The position numbers and the translations under genes were made by a program. Positions 28,949-39,948 of a stretch of 64,000 nt of DNA are shown here, in pieces (the stretch's first letter is position 1; every line of letters starts with the position of its first letter). Source of the stretch: the human T2T-CHM13v2.0 reference genome, Homo sapiens; the NCBI RefSeq assembly GCF_009914755.1, contig NC_060934.1; one strand, written 5' to 3'. Under the pieces are notes generated by a model. That model worked only from the letters and a program-made list of their open reading frames with translations, did not search any database and was not told where the DNA came from.

Positions 28949-28978
28949 TACTAATGACTTATCTTCACCCTTTTCCAG
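28949..28978 (+). other. RPP30: Strong 3' splice site, the probable start of a distal non-coding RPP30 3'-UTR exon
   Basis: Near-consensus branch point TACTAAT at 28949-28955, pyrimidine tract, ttttccag; downstream AATAAA at 29296 and ATTAAA at 32209. Confidence 0.55.
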
Positions 28979-29859
28979 AGGATTGTCCTGGGCTGATGAG
29001 AGTCACTTTACCTGAAGATACCTGGGAAGTTTTGTCTCCTCTGAGGTTGGCCCATGGCCAGTGACTGATGCAGGACATTACAGCCTGGCCCACTGGCCTC
29101 GGTGGTACAATTTATGCTCCTGAGCACCCCATGGGATTACGCTGTGTGTGGATTTCTCCTGAAACCACATATTTGCCTCTTCTGCCCTGTTCTGTTTTTT
29201 CTCATTCCCTTATAGAGGACTCTCAGTAAGTCACTTACACAAGAATCCTAATTTGAAATGCTGCTTCCAGGAGACCTGACTTAGAAAATTGGACAAATAA
29301 AGTTGATTTTTTTAAATGTCCAGTAACATGAAGATGCTGAACTTTCCTAGTCATTTAGGGGGAAATCACCACAAATATATCTGGCTGATCAGGTTGAAAG
29401 TTAAAAGAAAAAAAGATTTATAAAGTGGGTATTTTCAAGATGGTGTGGAGGGAGATACAATTTGATGCAAGTCTTATACTTTTGATGTCAATTTATTCTT
29501 CAGAAATAACTGGTTAATTATAAAGGGTGGATGGATAAGGATATTCACTGCAACAATGTCTTAAATGTGAAAATGGAAACAACCTAAATACCCAATAATA
29601 ACAGGATTAAATAATTCATTGTACATTAAAAGAATACTGTCTATAAAGATGTCTAGAATAAGTTGTTCAGTTGAAGTTGTAAAGCTAAATACACAATACC
29701 CATAATGTGCACAGAAATAATCAGAATGTCATGAAACCAGGATTATTGGTGATGTGTTGCTTCCTTTGTTACTCATTTCTGTATTGGCATAATGAGTATT
29801 GGGTGTTCAAGAGGAGGGGGAAGGAAGTATGACAGATGTTATGGGGAAAAAGCAAAGTA

Positions 29860-30560
29860 CAACAGGAAGACACCTTGGGGGAACTAATAGAATCTAAGGA
29901 CTCAAGGATGGCTTCCTGGAGGAAATACAGCTAGAACAAAGGGGAGGAATGAGAAGTGATGTGATGGCGTGGAGTGGGCTGTAGTGGGAAGAAGAGTCTT
30001 CCAGGGAGCTGGCACAGTATGTGAAAACAGTAAAGCAAGTGCCTGGATTTTTTAAGGAACTGAAAATTTAGTTGAGTTGAAATTTAGAGTTTGGCTAGGA
30101 AGGTTATGAGAGATAAGAATAAAGAGTTAACAGCAGCCAGATTTTAAGGATTTTATAAGACATTTTTAGGAGTTTTTATTTCATCCTGAGAGAAATGTGA
30201 AGCCATCGAAGGGTTGAAAGAGGAGAGTGAGTTGATCAGCATTGCATTTTAGAAAAATCCCTCTATCTGCAACTTGAAAAACATTCTGGAGGTAAGCAAG
30301 CCTGGAGGCCAGGAGCCTAGGAGGGCTATTTGATCCAGATGAGAAGTAATGGTGACCTGAACTAGGGCAGAGGCACCTAGGATTGGAAAACATGGACAGA
30401 TCACAGCACTACTTATGTAGTATACTTGGTAAGACCTGGTTGTTTAAAAGAGAAGGATGAGGGAAAGAAGGTCAAAAACAACTTCTAGGACTCTCCATTG
30501 GCCAGTGTGGTGTGCCCTTCACTGAAGAGCAAACACAAAATGAAAGATTGTGGGCAAAGA
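29860..30560. mobile_element. L2 LINE fragment (other L2 pieces near 40-700 and 1000-1450)
   Basis: ggcttcctggagga...gcattttagaaaaatccctct...gaggccaggagcctaggaggg L2-like motifs. Confidence 0.55.
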
Positions 30561-31524
30561 GTTGAGTCAGTGAGAAGGCAAGGAGAGAACCTTATAAAAA
30601 AATTGACTATGTGATTAAAAACTTAAAAATTTCCCCCAACGTGTTTATCTTTTCCATTAGCAGAAATAACTAAGAGTTGTCTTAATTCTAATGGGATTTA
30701 TTCCATATTGTCTCTCATGCCCTCTACCTAGTTATTAGTGCAAATATTTATATGTGGCAACATAAAACTTTTTAACTCTTTATTCTCTTCTCTCGTGTAC
30801 CCTCCCAGCTCTTTAGGGGAGGTGGATTTGAGGCAGATACCATAAAGAAAAGTTGGTCACATGGTGGTAACACGTTGAAGTTATGCCACATGAGACATCA
30901 GCACTGGCAAGAGAAATGTCTGTGTTGTAGATGTTTCACTTGGAAGAAATTGAAGGACCCTGAGCCTTAAAAGTCTGACAAACTTAAGCCAGGACCCCTG
31001 TGGGGAAGGTAGAGGGGCCAACAAACAAGATTGGGAGTCAGAGAGATAACAATGAAATCCCCAATGCCTGTGGGAGGTGGACTCCCTGGATTAGTACTAG
31101 ACAGAAAAGGTACAAAAATATTTCAAACCATTCTCACAACTCTATATGTGTCTATGACCAGATAACTGGAAGACCTTCTGGTTATGGACTATGCGTATAC
31201 ACTCTCCCAGATAGTTAGAGGCATATCTAAGAGGTTAACATATATGATCTTATCCAAAATGGGTCTCTTGGTGCTAGTGTTTTACATCAGACTTCACTGG
31301 CTTTCATGTATTTCCACAAGTGCCAAACATTTCTCATATCCTTGCTGTATTCCATAGAGCAGTGTTCCTGCTACCTGGAACACTTGATTCTTGAATAACT
31401 CCTGTTTACCTTTCAGACAAACCCTAAAGGTTACCACCTCAAAGAAGTCTTTATAGAAGCCTCATCATCTTAGACACTCTGTATTGTTTCCTTCATCGTA
31501 TTTACAACAGACAGATACTGTGCA

Positions 31525-31918
31525 CTTACTGCCTCACTTAACGACAGGGATACGTTCTGAAAGGTGCATCATTAGGCGGTTTTGTTGTGTGAACATCACA
31601 GAGTGTTACTTACACAAACCTAAATGATACAGCCTACTAAACACCTAGGCTATATGAGCAATACAGCCTATTGCTCTTAGGCTTCAAACTTGTACGACAT
31701 GTCACTGTACTGAATACTGTAGGCAACTATAACACAGTGGTAAGTATATTGTGTATCTAAACAAACATAGAAAAGGTAATGCACTGTACTATGATGTTAC
31801 AACAGCTAGGATGTTGCTATCAATAGAAATTTTTCAGCTTCATTTTATTTTTATGGGACCACCTTTGTATATGTGGTTCATTGTTGGCCGAAACACCATT
31901 CTGTGGCACATGACTATG
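31525..31918. mobile_element. Tigger3/MER7-type DNA transposon fossil
   Basis: Diagnostic tacttacacaaaccta...acacctaggctatatg...ctgtactgaatactgtaggcaa sequence. Confidence 0.75.
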
Positions 31919-32033
31919 TATTTATTCCTCATTATTCCTTTAATATTCATCTCTTCCAGGAGGGCATGTCATGGACAATCTCTTTTTCTTACCACAGGTC
32001 TTAGGACCTGGCCTAGCACCTGGCCAAGAACTA

Positions 32034-34368
32034 CTGGCATACCTCCTTTTATTGTGCTTCAATTTATTGTGCTTTGCAAATACTGAATTTTTTACAAGTT
32101 GAAGATTTGTGGCACCTCTGTAACCAGCAAGTCTATTGGTGCCATTTTTTCAACATCATGTGCCTGTTTCCTGTCTCGCTCATGTCACATTTTGGTAATT
32201 TTCACAATATTAAAAACTTTTTCATTATTATTATATGTGTTTTGTTGGTTAGTGTTCTTTGATTTTACTATTATAACTGTTTTAGGTAGCCACAAATTGC
32301 ACTCATATCGGACAGTGAACTTAATCCATGAATGTTGTGTGTGTTCTGACTCCTCCATCGACCAGCTTTCCCCATTTCCTTCCCTCTCTTCAGGCCTCCC
32401 CATTCCTTGAAACAAAACAATATTGAAATTAGGCCAATTAATAACCCTACAATGGCCTCTAAGTGTTCAAGTGAAAGGAAGAACCACACATCTCTCTCAA
32501 TCAAAAGCTAGGAATGATTAAGCTTATTGAGAAAGGCATGTAGAAAGCCAAGATAGGCTGAAAACTATGCCTCTCACTCAAGTTGTGAATGCAAAGGAAA
32601 AGTTCTTGAAGGAAATTAAAGGTGCTTCTCCAGTGAACACACAAATGATAAAGCAAAACAGCTCTATTGCTGAATGGAGAAAGTTTTTGTGGTCTGGATA
32701 GAACACCAAACCAGTTACAATAATGCCTTAATCCAAAGCCTAATCCAGAGGCCCTAACTCTTCAATGCTATGAATGCTGAGAAGTGAGGAAGCTGCTGAA
32801 AACAGTTGGAGAACTGCAGCGGAAGTTGGTTCATAAGATTTGAGGAAAGAAGCCATCTCTGTAACATAAAAGTGCAAGGTGAAGCACAAGTGCTGATAGA
32901 AGAAAGAAGCTGCAGCGAGTTATCCAGAAGATCTAGCTAAGATAACTGATTAACATGGCTACACTGAGCAACAGATTTTCAATGTAGATGAAACAGCCTT
33001 CTATTGGAAGATGCCATGTAGGACTTTGATAGCTAGAGAGGAGAAGTCAATGCCTGGCTTCAAAGCTTCAAAGCTTTGACTCCCTTGTTAGCTGGTGATT
33101 TTAAGTTGAAACCAATGCTCATTGACCATTCTGAAAATCCTAGGGTTGTTAAGAATTATGCTAAATCTACTTTGCCTGTGCTCTATAAATTGTACCACAA
33201 ATCCTTGATGATAGCACATCTTTTTACATCATAGTTTATTGAATATTTTAAGCCCATCATTGAAACCTACTGTTCAGGAAAAAAAAATATTCCTTTCACA
33301 ACATTACTGCTAATTGAAAATGCACCTGGTCACCCAAGACTGATGGAGACGTGCATCTGATGAGGATGTACAAGGAGATGAATGTTATTCTCATACCTGC
33401 TTACACAACATCCATTCTGTAGCCCATGGATCAAGGAGTCATTTTGAATCAAGTCTTATTAAGAAACACATTTCATAAGGCTATATGCCGTAGATAACGA
33501 TTCCTTTGATGGATCTGGGCAAAATAAATTCAAAACCTTCTGGAAAGGATTCACCATGCTAGATGCCATTAAGAACATTCGTGGGTCATTGGAGGAGGTA
33601 AAAATATCATTAACTGGAATTTGAAAGAAGTTAATTCCAACCTGTGTGAATGACTTGGAGGGGTTCAAGACTTCGGTGGAGTAAGTAACTGTTGATGTGG
33701 TGGAAATAGCAAGAAAACTAAAAGTGGAGCCTGAACATGTGACTGAATTGTTGCAATCTTGTCATAAAACTTGAACAGCTGAGAAGTTGCTTCCTATGGA
33801 TGAGCAAAGGAAGTGGTTTCTTGAGATGGAATCTACTCCTAGTGAAGATGCTGTAAACATTGTTGAAATGACAAAAAAAGGATTTTGAATATTACATCAA
33901 CTTAGTTAATAAAGCAGTAACAGGGTTTGCGAGGATGTACTCCAATTTTGAAAGATGTTCTATTGATAGTAACATGCTATCAAATAGCATCAGATGCTAC
34001 AGATAAATCTTTTATGAAAGAGTTAATTGATGTGGTAAGCTTATTGTTGTCTTCTTTCAATAAATTGACACAGCCATCCCAATCTTCATCAACTACCACC
34101 CTCATCAGTCAGCAGCCATCCACATGGAGGGAAGACCCTCCGCCATTAAAACGATTATGACTCACTGAAGGCTCAGATGATCATTAGCATTTTTTTTAGC
34201 AATAAAGTATTTTTAAGTTAAGGTAGGTACAGTGTTTTTTAGACATCGTGCTATAGCACAATTATTAAACCACAGGATAATGTAAACATAACTTTTGTAT
34301 GCACTAGAAAACCAAAAAAAATTGTGACTCACTTTATTGTGATATTAGTTTTATTATGGTGGTCTGGA
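32034..34368 (+). mobile_element. Tigger1 (TcMar-Tigger) DNA transposon, near full length, transposase disabled
   Basis: Left end (c)tggcatacctc..ttttattg; transposase start ATGGCCTCTAAGTGTTCAAGTGAAAGGAAG at 32452; PMDQGVI motif near 33424; many frameshifts; right terminus missing. Confidence 0.9.
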
Positions 34369-34457
34369 GGTCAAAAATCATGGACCTGTGTGTTCTCTCC
34401 TGGGAAGTCTTTGACATTGCCAGTCCCTGTCCACAAGAATTGTTAAATCTCCAGTTA

Positions 34458-35350
34458 ATTTGCATTTTTCTAATGATCAGTGATATTGAGCTTTCTTTTC
34501 CAGATGTTTGTTGGCCACATGAATATCTTCTTTTGAGAAGTGTCTGTTCGTGTGCTTTGCCCACTTTTTTGATGGGGTTGTTTTTTCTTGTAAATTTAAG
34601 TTCCTTGTAGATTCTGGATGTTAGAGCTTTGTCAGATGGATGGAGTCTGAATGGCAGTTACTTAAAAAGTCAAGAAATAACAGATGCTGGCAAGGTTGCA
34701 GAAAAATAGGAACACTTTTACACTGTTGGTGGGAATGTAAATTAGTTCATCCATTGTGGAAAATGGTGTGGTGATTCCTCAAAGATCTAGAACCAGAAAT
34801 ACCATTTGACCTAGCAATCCCATTATTGGGTATGTACCCAAAGGAATATAAATCATTCTACTACAAAGATACATGCATGCATATGTTCATTGCAGCACTA
34901 TTCACAATTGCAAAGACATGGAACCAACCCAAATGCCCATCAATAATAGACTGGATAAAGAAAATATGGTAGATATACACCATGGAATACAACGCAGCCA
35001 TAAAAAGAATGAGATCATGTCCTTGGCAGGGGCATGGATGCAGCTAGAGGCCATTATTCTCAGCAAATTAACACAGGAGCGGAAAACCAAACACCGCATG
35101 TTCTCACTTATAGGTGGGAGCTGAACAATGAGAACACATGGACACAGGGAGGGGAACAAAATACACTGGGACCTGTATAGGGGGTGGGGTGGGAGGAAGG
35201 AGAGCATTACGAAAAATAGCTAATGCATGCTGGGCTTAATACCTAAGTGATGGGTTGATAGGTGCAGCAAACCACCATGGCACACGTTTATGTAACACCG
35301 CTGCACATCCTGCACATGTACCCCAGAACTTAAAATTTAAATTTAAAAAA
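34458..35350 (+). mobile_element. 5'-truncated, 5'-inverted L1PA-type LINE-1
   Basis: 34458-34640 is antisense ORF2 3' sequence; about 34645-35350 is the sense ORF2 end plus 3' UTR and A tail. Confidence 0.85.
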
Positions 35351-35489
35351 GTCACTAGTTAAGCCTTAATGGGAACTTCGTAAGAAATGCGGGTTTACCA
35401 TGCAGAAATCATTCTGACCACCAGGGGTCTCTTTCTACACACCACTGGGACTGAAAGCTCGCTAGAATTCCTTTGTGTCTTTATGGCTC

Positions 35490-35655
35490 TCGGCCTAGCT
35501 GCTCAGTGTGGTGGTGGCATTTCGTGGCCTGTCACCTGGGAGCTTGTCAGAAAAGCAGAATCTCAGGCCCCACCTGAGACCAGCTGAATCAGAAATCTGC
35601 ATTTTAACCAGATCCCCAGGTGATCTGTATACATATTAAATACTGGGAGTGCTGT
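35490..35655. mobile_element. MER5A-type hAT-Charlie fossil (similar copies near 6600, 45700 and 49590)
   Basis: cacctgggagcttgt...gcagaatctcaggcccca...gaatcagaaatctgcattttaac. Confidence 0.7.
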
Positions 35656-35769
35656 TGTACGGGACATTTCTAATCTGCAAAACTTGGAAAACAATGGAAA
35701 AAAAAAACCCTCCTATATAGCTTTTTTTTTCACATAGGACATTTCCACCACACTTATAGAAGGACTTAG

Positions 35770-35965
35770 AGGTTTAGAGTTTGATTGCCTTTATTATGAA
35801 TATAAAATGTACATACAATACAATATACATTTATACATTTACAGTTTGCATTTCCTTTCATCTTTTTTGAGCAAATTCAATTCTGCATGTCCCAGTTTGC
35901 CGCTCCTTCCACTGATTTGCACTTACACTCATGACGTTCTCTTCACTTGGGTACTCTGTGTACTC

Positions 35966-36003
<38 letters not shown>

Positions 36004-36544
36004 AGCCTGGGGGTAAAATAGCTGGCTTCACTGTCCTTTTCACAGAATCACTTTCCTTCCATTGTTTCCTTTCCTGTCCCTACATGCCTTCCCTTGCTTC
36101 ATTCAAACTTCTGCATTAAAAATTCAGGAGAAAAGAGGGCTGTGATAATCAGCCCTCTCTTAAAAACTCTTACATGAGCGAATGACACATAAGTAGGCAC
36201 TTGAACTTTGCTCTTTCACCTGGTTTAAGAACTACCTATGGGTGGGAAGGCTCTGAAAGTGTTATATACAAATGAAGCTCTGCTCACCAGATGGATGATC
36301 ATGAAGGTCTGAATATCAGTAGCGTGGCAGTAAATAAATAAACAGGAATACATAAAAATAAATAAGAGTTTCACTAAAGGAAATTTAAACACCTATAACC
36401 CTGTGCTTTCTCAAAACTTCATTAGGTACATCTTCACAACACGTTGATAAATAGAAACTAGATTTTATGGCTAGTGTCTCTTCTCTTGGGCCATGCCTTC
36501 AAAATGCCAGTGAACATTTACTGATTAAGAGTCTGTCGTTTGCC
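35770..36544 (-). other. ANKRD1: ANKRD1 3' UTR with an AU-rich element, a U32 tract and a poly(A) signal
   Basis: UUUAUUUAUUUA near 36331-36342; A32 on + at 35969-36000; AATAAA on - at 35795-35790. Confidence 0.85.
35790..35795 (-). terminator. ANKRD1: ANKRD1 polyadenylation signal AATAAA
   Basis: tttatt on +, preceded in transcript direction by a UGUA cluster. Confidence 0.85.
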
Positions 36545-36655
36545 TCAGAATGTAGCTATGCGAGAGGTCTTGTAGGAGTTCTCTCTGAGGCTGTCGAATA
36601 TTGCTTTGGTTCCATTCTGCCAGTGTAGCACCAGATCCATCGGCGTCTTCCCAGC
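36545..36655 (-). CDS. ANKRD1: ANKRD1 exon 9 coding part, [36 protein letters not shown]
   Basis: 111 nt including TGA; the nine exons sum to 960 nt = 319 aa plus stop. Confidence 0.97.
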   Translation of the reverse strand, partial: AGKTPMDLVLHWQNGTKAIFDSLRENSYKTSRIATF

Positions 36656-39221
36656 CTAATCAAATGAGATAAGGAAAGTTGACTTTCAGGTGGGTGACAT
36701 CTGTAAATTCACATTCTCTGTGTGTGTTTCATGAGGTAAGGATTAGGTATATGTTATAACAGTGTTTTATGGTTTCCACCAGGAGTGATCTGCAGTTTAT
36801 ACTCAAACCAGTCCTTCACTGTTTCTCAGAGGGATGCTTTTGCCATTTTAGAGCAAAAATCTTTTTCACGTGGGACCATCCCAGGTATTGGTAAAATCCC
36901 TTGTCCCTAGACACTATGTGTCAAGAGCACCTCAAGTCATTTTGAAATTTATAAAATGTCTCCATACATCTTCCAGTATCCTGTGGAATGGACTCCCGGA
37001 GGTGGGAGCATGCCTCTTGGACCAAGAATCAGTGCCTATCCATTTGAATGATAGTTCTTTGATTGATAAGAAATGATGGTAAATGAGCTGCATCAATAAC
37101 TTGGCTTAAGGACTTAGGTACTGCTTGGGTACTATTACTGTTCCTGGGAGCAGATTTTTCATAACTTGTCAGAATTTTCAATGGACTCTCCCAGGAAATG
37201 TATTTTTCTTGGAGTTGATGGCAATGACACATGTGAACAAATAATTTTTGAGACGAAATTTTGATTTCCCTTATGCACGTGTCTCAAGATTTAAAAATAT
37301 TAAAACCATGTCATCTCTCAATTCTCATCTATAGATCTGAGAAGTCCAAAATTTTTCCATCTCTATTCATTGAGAAGTTTCTTTTTAACCCAGCGACTGC
37401 AAATTGGCAGCTTTGAGATGCAAACCAGAATAGAGACCTGTTTTGTTTTGACCCAAACAGAACTTAGATTTTTTTTAAGATTAGTATGAATTGGCAACAG
37501 TTGGAAACCAAGAGCTGGATTTGTGACTTCTATGAAAAAATCAGAAGAGTTAAAAACATGGTACCCATGGTTCCACAGAGCAACATAGACTGGGTTGGGG
37601 AAGGGCCACCTTTAAAAGAGTTATGTGCACAGACCCTGACAGCCACACATTGAAGTCACTTAGGCCATCTGCCCGGCACAGTGAGGTCAGTCTGCAGTCA
37701 GATTATGAGATCTGTAGGTATTTAAATTAGTGGCCCTATAACCTTCATTTTGGAACTTCCCCACCTCTGTAGTGTCTTTCTCTAGGAACAATCATCAGTA
37801 GACATGAATATACAGTTTTGGATAATGAGAAAATATTGTATGCTGCTCCCAATCTCCTTAAGATGGCATCAATAGGTTATTGATCTTTGGGGGAAACATC
37901 AATCCATTGGGTCAATGACATTAATAGTTCCATAAACCTGATGCTAATATCTAACTGATAATTCAGAACCCTAAGCCGTATTTGTATATTTTGGGCTACT
38001 CTTCCATAAATTCCTTGCACTTCTCTCCATTGAAATTTATATTGTGATTTTTCTGGCTACTTACACAGTCTCCCTAAACCTGTATGCTATTTGTCTCTGC
38101 TGGTAGTGTCTCACTGCCTGAAAAAAAATCTTCACATTTTCTGCAGCTTTCAAGATTTCATTTAACCTGCTCTTTTTCTGATAGTTTAAAAAAATATTAG
38201 ATAGGATCAATTCCAATATCTAGACTGAGGAAGCCCTACTGTTAACACTTTCCCATCCCAAGCAATCTTCATTTATCACCATTCTTTGATCCTGTCACCA
38301 AGCCAGATTTGTTTTAAAAGATAAGATATTCCTCTCAGTCTTTGCAACACAAATAAGGGGAGAAAATTATTTGCATTTATATGATGACTGAGTTTCCCTC
38401 CCCCCCCCCCCACTCTTTTTTGTAAAGTGATTCTTCAAAAGCTTCTTTAAAATTATTTCTTCAGAAATTTATACCTGTTCCTCTGGGCAATATTTTTTAA
38501 GCTTATATTAGATGGTGTTTGTCTGGAAATTGAGACCATGAGGAAAAGTTGGTTATGTTCCCTGCTTACAGATGAAGTTAAATTAATATGTACTTATACA
38601 AGAATTTTCAGGGCCTAAATATAGGAAATTATTTTGAGAGATGTGAAGACAAATCCAAGTGGAGAATGGATAGAAATTATCTGAAAAAAAATACAGGCAA
38701 AAGCACAGCTACCCCTGGAAGAAAATGGTGACATTTCACATTGCTGTAAGGAGGAAAGGGACTTTCTGAATTACTCAGATTGGATATTGATTAACCTTAG
38801 TTCACTGGCTGCACTGACCCTTGTGGAATTTTAGGACATTTTGGAAATGGTGGATGCCTTTATTTCTAACTTCCTCAGCCCTTGCACAGACAGAAATGGC
38901 CAAAGCAGATTGGACTTCTAGGTGTTTGTGGGGATGAGCAAATTTTGACTATCTTTCATTTCCAAGACCAAATTGTAAAAGAATTACTATGCACTGTATC
39001 AGGCACTGAGGTCATAGCAGTATCTATGACTTCCCTCATCTCTGGCCATGTGAACTGGGTCCTAGCCAAGATAAACACTGTCCTTGGGGAAATGGGCAGG
39101 GGCATTTAGACCATCGAAGACCCCTCAAATACTGCCATTGTGGGAGTCGTTTCACCTATTTAAGAAATGCTCCTGGAAATTGGAAAGCTTGCAAGCGGTG
39201 TTTCTTGTTTCCAGTACTTAC

Positions 39222-39320
39222 ACAGTTCTTGATGTTGAGATCCGCGCCATACATAATCAGGAGTCGGATCATCTTATAGCGGTTCAGTCTCACCGCATCA
39301 TGCAACGGGGTATCTCCTTC
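39222..39320 (-). CDS. ANKRD1: ANKRD1 exon 8, ankyrin repeat [33 protein letters not shown]
   Basis: 99 nt, GDTPLH motif, donor gtaagt. Confidence 0.97.
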
Positions 39321-39460
39321 CTAGAGAAGCAGAGTCAACAGGTTCAAGGTGGGTCTGAGGCCAGGAAGTGGGTCCTGCAAGGGCACCCAGGCTTGGGGGA
39401 GTGATTCCAAATACAAAAGCAATGAAGCTTTGGGAAACCCGAGCGTGTCCAGCTACTCAC

Positions 39461-39559
39461 TCTGTCTTTGGCGTTGAGGTCTGCCTCACAGGCGATAAGA
39501 TGCTCCGCGCACTCATAGTGGCCAGTCCTCACCGCCACATGCAGCGCTGTGCTGAGCAA
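39461..39559 (-). CDS. ANKRD1: ANKRD1 exon 7, ankyrin repeat [33 protein letters not shown]
   Basis: 99 nt; lies inside ORF 39344..39667; donor gtgagt. Confidence 0.97.
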
Positions 39560-39699
39560 CTGGAAAATTGGAAAACGCTGCTGATTCGCTAGGAATGAGG
39601 ACAGAGGCTGTCCCAGACCCCAAGACATGTGCGAGGGGGAGAAGTGGTCACTAGGGTGCCTGCACACAGCATGGGCCTCCAGATGACTTTAATGGAGAG

Positions 39700-39845
39700 G
39701 CGAGGTTAGGAGATGGAGGGGTGGGGGAGGAGGGAAGGGCGGGTGGGGGAGAAGGAGGAGGGGGAGGGGGAAGAGTGGGAGAAGTGGAGAAGGATGGGGG
39801 ACAGGGAGGGGGAGGGGGTGAATGAAGGGAGAAGGAGAAGAAGGA
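39700..39845 (+). repeat. Polypurine, G-rich low-complexity tract in ANKRD1 intron 6
   Basis: About 145 bp that is nearly all G/A on +, with many G3-G5 runs. Confidence 0.9.
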
Positions 39846-39849
39846 ATAC

Positions 39850-39948
39850 CTTATCTCGGGCGCTAATTTTTGCTCCTTTATTCAGCAACAATTTTAAAAC
39901 ATCCAGGTTTCCTCCACGGCTTGCCCAGTGGATGGCTGTGGATTCAAG
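39850..39948 (-). CDS. ANKRD1: ANKRD1 exon 6, ankyrin repeat [33 protein letters not shown]
   Basis: 99 nt; weak donor gtattc. Confidence 0.97.

Noticed and set aside
32452-34000. Tigger1 transposase as a domesticated TIGD-like gene
   Set aside because: Multiple stops and frameshifts; no long ORF in the track.
34873-35207. ORFs 34873..35124 and 34902..35207
   Set aside because: Out-of-frame and antisense readings of the L1 ORF2 end and 3' UTR.
39841-39849. ANKRD1 intron 6 donor GTATTCCTT resembles a U12 site
   Set aside because: It has an extra T relative to GTATCCTT, and there is no TCCTTAAC-like branch near the acceptor; treated as a weak U2 donor.
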